From an uncultured Gammaproteobacteria bacterium (GTDB lineage Bacteria; Patescibacteriota; Patescibacteriia; Patescibacteriales; GWE2-39-37): a stretch of 64,000 nucleotides of DNA. Under the pieces are notes generated by a model. The model ran no database searches. It was not told the origin of the DNA and worked only from the letters and a program-made list of their open reading frames with translations. Where the stretch lies: assembly GCA_964443495.1 (NCBI GenBank), contig CAYUCS010000003.1, positions 4,031-68,030 on the forward strand, given 5' to 3'. Position 1 is the stretch's first letter. Each line of letters opens with the position of its first letter. Shown in pieces: positions 60,995 to 64,000 of this stretch. The position numbers and the translations under genes are program-made.

Positions 60995-61894
60995 ATGAAT
61001 GAAACAAAATATATCTGGATGGACGGCAAGCTTTTACCTTGGTCTGACGCCAAGATCCACGTCCTAACACACAGCCTTCACTACGGCTCCGCGGTCTTTG
61101 AGGGAATAAGATTTTATCAAACCAGTAATGGCCCGGCCGTCTTCCGCCTCCAAGAGCATGTTGACCGGCTTTTTTTCTCTGCCGAAACCATGTACATGAA
61201 AGTGCCTTTTTCAAAAGAAGAAATATCCGCTGCCATAATTTCAACGATCAAGGAAAATGCTGTCCAGGCAGGCTATATCCGTCCCTTGATTTACTACGGT
61301 TATGGCAAGATGGGGCTGGGCGTTGCCGACGCCCCCGTCAACGTTTCGATCGCGGTCTGGCCCTGGGGGGCGTACCTCGGCGAAAAACCGGTTCGGATCA
61401 AGACCAGCTCGCTTGCTCGCATTTCTAGCAAGAGCTTCCGGGTGGGCGCAAAAGTTTCCGGACATTATGTCAATTCGATCCTAGCTGGCGAAGAAGCCAA
61501 GCGAGCCGGCTATGACGAGGCATTGTTGCTCGATAGCTCCGGCAACATTGCCGAAGGCCCGGGGGAAAATCTTTTTATTGCCAAAAACGGCCTGCTTCTT
61601 ACTCCGGAACTCGGCTCCATCCTGCCGGGCATCACCCGCTCGAGTATTATCGACTTGGCGAAATCGCTAGGAATAAATGTTGCGGAAAAGGTGCTGACTC
61701 TAGGCGATGCCTACGCGGCCGATGAGGCCTTCTACACCGGCACGGCAGCCGAGGTAACGTCCATTGCCAGCATTGATGATCACCAGCTGTCCCAAGCCCC
61801 GGGAATGATAACACAAAAAATCCAAACCGCCTTCTCGAGCATAGTTTCTGGCAAGAATGAAGACTTCAGGTATTGGCTTACTTTCATAAATTGA
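60995..61894 (+). CDS. ilvE: branched-chain amino acid aminotransferase (class IV)
   Basis: HYGSAVFEGIR, GYIRPL and EGPGENLF; 299 aa. Confidence 0.85.
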   Translation: MNETKYIWMDGKLLPWSDAKIHVLTHSLHYGSAVFEGIRFYQTSNGPAVFRLQEHVDRLFFSAETMYMKVPFSKEEISAAIISTIKENAVQAGYIRPLIYYGYGKMGLGVADAPVNVSIAVWPWGAYLGEKPVRIKTSSLARISSKSFRVGAKVSGHYVNSILAGEEAKRAGYDEALLLDSSGNIAEGPGENLFIAKNGLLLTPELGSILPGITRSSIIDLAKSLGINVAEKVLTLGDAYAADEAFYTGTAAEVTSIASIDDHQLSQAPGMITQKIQTAFSSIVSGKNEDFRYWLTFIN

Positions 61895-61906
61895 TTTCCG
61901 AATATC

Positions 61907-61936
61907 AAAAACACCCCGCGCAAGTGGGGTGTTTTT
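61907..61936 (+). terminator. Rho-independent terminator
   Basis: acacccc/ggggtgt followed by T5. Confidence 0.7.
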
Positions 61937-62157
61937 GATATAAAACCGGGCTTGGCCGCTTGTGCAGCCTCGTCCGAAAACAAAGCCGATCTAAGTAGGC
62001 ACCCTGGTCCTGAGGTCGCTCAATCTCTGCTTATGAAAAAGCTTGATTCCCTTTTCATTTATAAACGCAGCGAAATTTTTCATGATATTGCTTTTATGAA
62101 GTTTTCAATGGACAATCCCGCCAGGACAAGACTTGCCTTGCTCCTGACCGAACCGTA

Positions 62158-63183
62158 TTAGTAAACCGGGGTAGCGATATAAGTCAGGGTGTTGTAGTAG
62201 TCACCTGCTTCCTGCAGCGGACTTACTTCGATGCGGTAAGCGACTTCGGTATAACCCTTGTCCGGAGCAGCGCCATCGGACGGGCCGGAGTGAAACATGA
62301 TTTCAACCGGAGTCGTACTGGCAAAACCCCTCCAAAGATTATTGCCAAAGGTGTCGCCGGCAGCCAAGTTTGCGTCTTCAGTGGTAAAACCGAAGTGGCC
62401 GTAAGTCCACTCATTATCAAGGACGTTGGCCGGAACCTGCCAAGCCTGCGGAGCGGTCGAGGTACCGTCTACGAAGGAATCGATATCCGAACCGGTATTG
62501 CTGGTCAGGTTCTGATCCTGCTCAACCGTAACGGCGTAGCCGTTGTCAGCATTAGTAATGACGCTCAATGCCTGACCCATAACCGTGGAAGTACCCACGG
62601 TCAAGACATCGAAAGCTAAGGACGAAGTGGCTGAGGCCCTAGTAGTCGAAAAGCCGTTAACGTCAGTGCCGGCGCCCAAAGGCGAGATTACGAATTGCAA
62701 GGTAGAAGCGACCGTGGCAGACACGTCGACATTGTCGACGATAGCTACCATCGTATAAGCCTGCTCGATAATCGCATCGCCAGAGTCCCTGGTTGTTACG
62801 TTGATAAGATAAGAGCCGATTGTTGCAGGATTTGAAACCGAGGCGATTGTAATATTCTTGGTCCCGGTAGCTACGCCCGCATTCGCAGTACAAATCACTG
62901 TTGAAGTGCCATTAACGCTAGCATCCGTATTGGCCGGACATGTCACATTACCCACCACGGCTCCGCTAGTAAACGCTGCTGGCAAGACAACGCTGATGTA
63001 GTCGCCAGCCACCAAGGCGACGTTGTTTGTAAAAGTTAGGTTGTGGGTGGCATTGACGCTCTTGTCAGAGTCGCTAAGCCTGTCGCTGATATAAGTCAGC
63101 GAGGCTGCTTGTGCAGGGCTGATAAGCCCGTTGGTTGCGATCATTGACACGATTGCCATGATGCAAAGGATTTTTTTCGTCAT
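62158..63183 (-). CDS. secreted Thr/Ser/Asn-rich protein, unknown function (341 aa)
   Basis: Signal peptide ending PAQA with beta-rich composition. No family assigned with confidence. Confidence 0.55.
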   Translation of the reverse strand: MTKKILCIMAIVSMIATNGLISPAQAASLTYISDRLSDSDKSVNATHNLTFTNNVALVAGDYISVVLPAAFTSGAVVGNVTCPANTDASVNGTSTVICTANAGVATGTKNITIASVSNPATIGSYLINVTTRDSGDAIIEQAYTMVAIVDNVDVSATVASTLQFVISPLGAGTDVNGFSTTRASATSSLAFDVLTVGTSTVMGQALSVITNADNGYAVTVEQDQNLTSNTGSDIDSFVDGTSTAPQAWQVPANVLDNEWTYGHFGFTTEDANLAAGDTFGNNLWRGFASTTPVEIMFHSGPSDGAAPDKGYTEVAYRIEVSPLQEAGDYYNTLTYIATPVY

Positions 63184-63211
63184 ACGTTTTGTTTTAGTTT
63201 TTGTTTTTATG

Positions 63212-64000
63212 TTAATTTTTTATAATGGGAAAGCTGACTGTCATTTGCGTGCCTACTTTTTCTATCGAATCGACGGCTATCTCACCCCCTTGCATTTCGA
63301 CCAACTGCTTGGTGATCCACAGGCCAAGGCCGGTGCCGGTAATGTTGCTCGTTTCTTCGGTTTGCACCCGATAGAATTTTTCGAACAATCGTTCCCTAGC
63401 TTTAGCCGACATTCCCAGTCCTGTGTCCTTAATCTTTATTTCTAATCTTTTATTTTTTTCTTCGGTTATGACATCGACCTGTCCTTTCGGAGTATATTTT
63501 ATGGCATTGCCGATCAAATTGAACAATATCTGTTTGAAACGCTCGCTATCGATATTTACCGGCGGAAGCTTCTCTGTGTGCGGCTGATAGGTCAAGCTTA
63601 ATTTTTTCTGCTCGGCTTGCATTCTCAGCTCAGCAATGGTGTCTTTTATCATCGGCGCCACATCCGTCAGTTTGAGTGTCATCGACATGCGCCCTTGTTC
63701 AATGCGGCTCACGTTCAGCAAATCTTCCACTAACACCGACAATCTATCTGCTGAACTTTGGACTATTGCCAAGCTCTCTTTAGCTTTGTCGCTGATCGGA
63801 CCAAGATCGCCAGCCAAGATCATCGAGACAAACCCTCTTATGCCAGTTACGGGCGTCCTCAACTCATGCGAAGCAACAGAGATAAACTCATCCTTCATCT
63901 GATCAATTTCCTTGATCTTCCTATAAAGAGCCGCATATTCGAACAGCCTCGTATTGTTGGCCAAAAGCAAGATGATGATTAAGACTGTAACTAGTAGAAC
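63212..64000 (-). CDS. sensor histidine kinase, N-terminus beyond the window
   Basis: H-box SHELRTP, N-box NLIGNAIKYT, G-boxes DTGLGM and GTGLGL. The frame stays open (VLLVTVLIII...) to position 64000. Confidence 0.85.
   Translation of the reverse strand, partial: VLLVTVLIIILLLANNTRLFEYAALYRKIKEIDQMKDEFISVASHELRTPVTGIRGFVSMILAGDLGPISDKAKESLAIVQSSADRLSVLVEDLLNVSRIEQGRMSMTLKLTDVAPMIKDTIAELRMQAEQKKLSLTYQPHTEKLPPVNIDSERFKQILFNLIGNAIKYTPKGQVDVITEEKNKRLEIKIKDTGLGMSAKARERLFEKFYRVQTEETSNITGTGLGLWITKQLVEMQGGEIAVDSIEKVGTQMTVSFPIIKN

Noticed and set aside
61952-62161. 69-aa plus-strand ORF, and a 30-codon minus-strand ORF, in the ilvE/secreted-protein spacer
   Set aside because: Neither has an SD or promoter, and the plus-strand ORF starts inside the ilvE terminator tail. 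No evidence beyond an open frame.
1-64000. Alternative genetic code (UGA recoding, as in some CPR lineages)
   Set aside because: Conserved genes end at TGA at their expected lengths, for example glyA at 51904 and the 660-aa gene at 4390-4392. All conserved genes are intact under the standard code.
1-64000. CRISPR arrays, rRNA genes, integrases, transposases, reverse transcriptase/DGR, and toxin-antitoxin pairs
   Set aside because: I looked for regularly spaced direct repeats and for the characteristic protein motifs and found none. The only repeats are the tRNA-end copies, the pilin paralogs and the 33-bp intragenic duplication.

Overview
Gene-dense window (roughly 90% coding by eye) read under the standard genetic code; TGA is a genuine stop, for example at the end of glyA. 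The gene content resembles a small-genome, CPR/Patescibacteria-like bacterium, but that placement is inference only because no search was possible. Housekeeping genes are scattered and their usual operons are broken up: KH protein, trmD, rplS, infB-rbfA-nrnA, clpP, rny, hup, tsaE, lspA, a dksA-like gene, recQ-folD, glyA, ilvE, an Elp3-like gene and a PMM/PGM. There are seven tRNAs: Leu-GAG, Val-TAC, Cys-GCA, Arg-TCG, Met-CAT, Lys-CTT and Asp-GTC. These are interleaved with a heavy load of secreted or membrane proteins of unknown function. The most notable content is as follows. (1) Eight paralogs of a small VirB2/TrbC-like two-helix 'pilin' occur in the window. Six form a tight tandem operon (25996-28625) directly downstream of a co-oriented envelope-glycan modification cluster, and no secretion ATPase or channel gene is visible anywhere in the 64 kb. 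(2) A three-gene operon (41955-48054) ends in a 1668-aa protein built of about 12 FN3-like modules, each carrying a short Cys-x(3-6)-Cys loop. It abuts a tRNA-Lys gene followed by two decayed copies of the tRNA 3' end. (3) A matching tRNA-Val 3'-end duplicate lies near 14.5 kb, followed by a promoter/SD/terminator-defined 41-codon ORF that is absent from the ORF track. (4) Several structured or palindromic non-coding elements and one 650-bp gene-free locus are present. No rRNA, CRISPR array, integrase or transposase was seen. All functional calls rest on motifs I recognise by eye; none was checked against a database.
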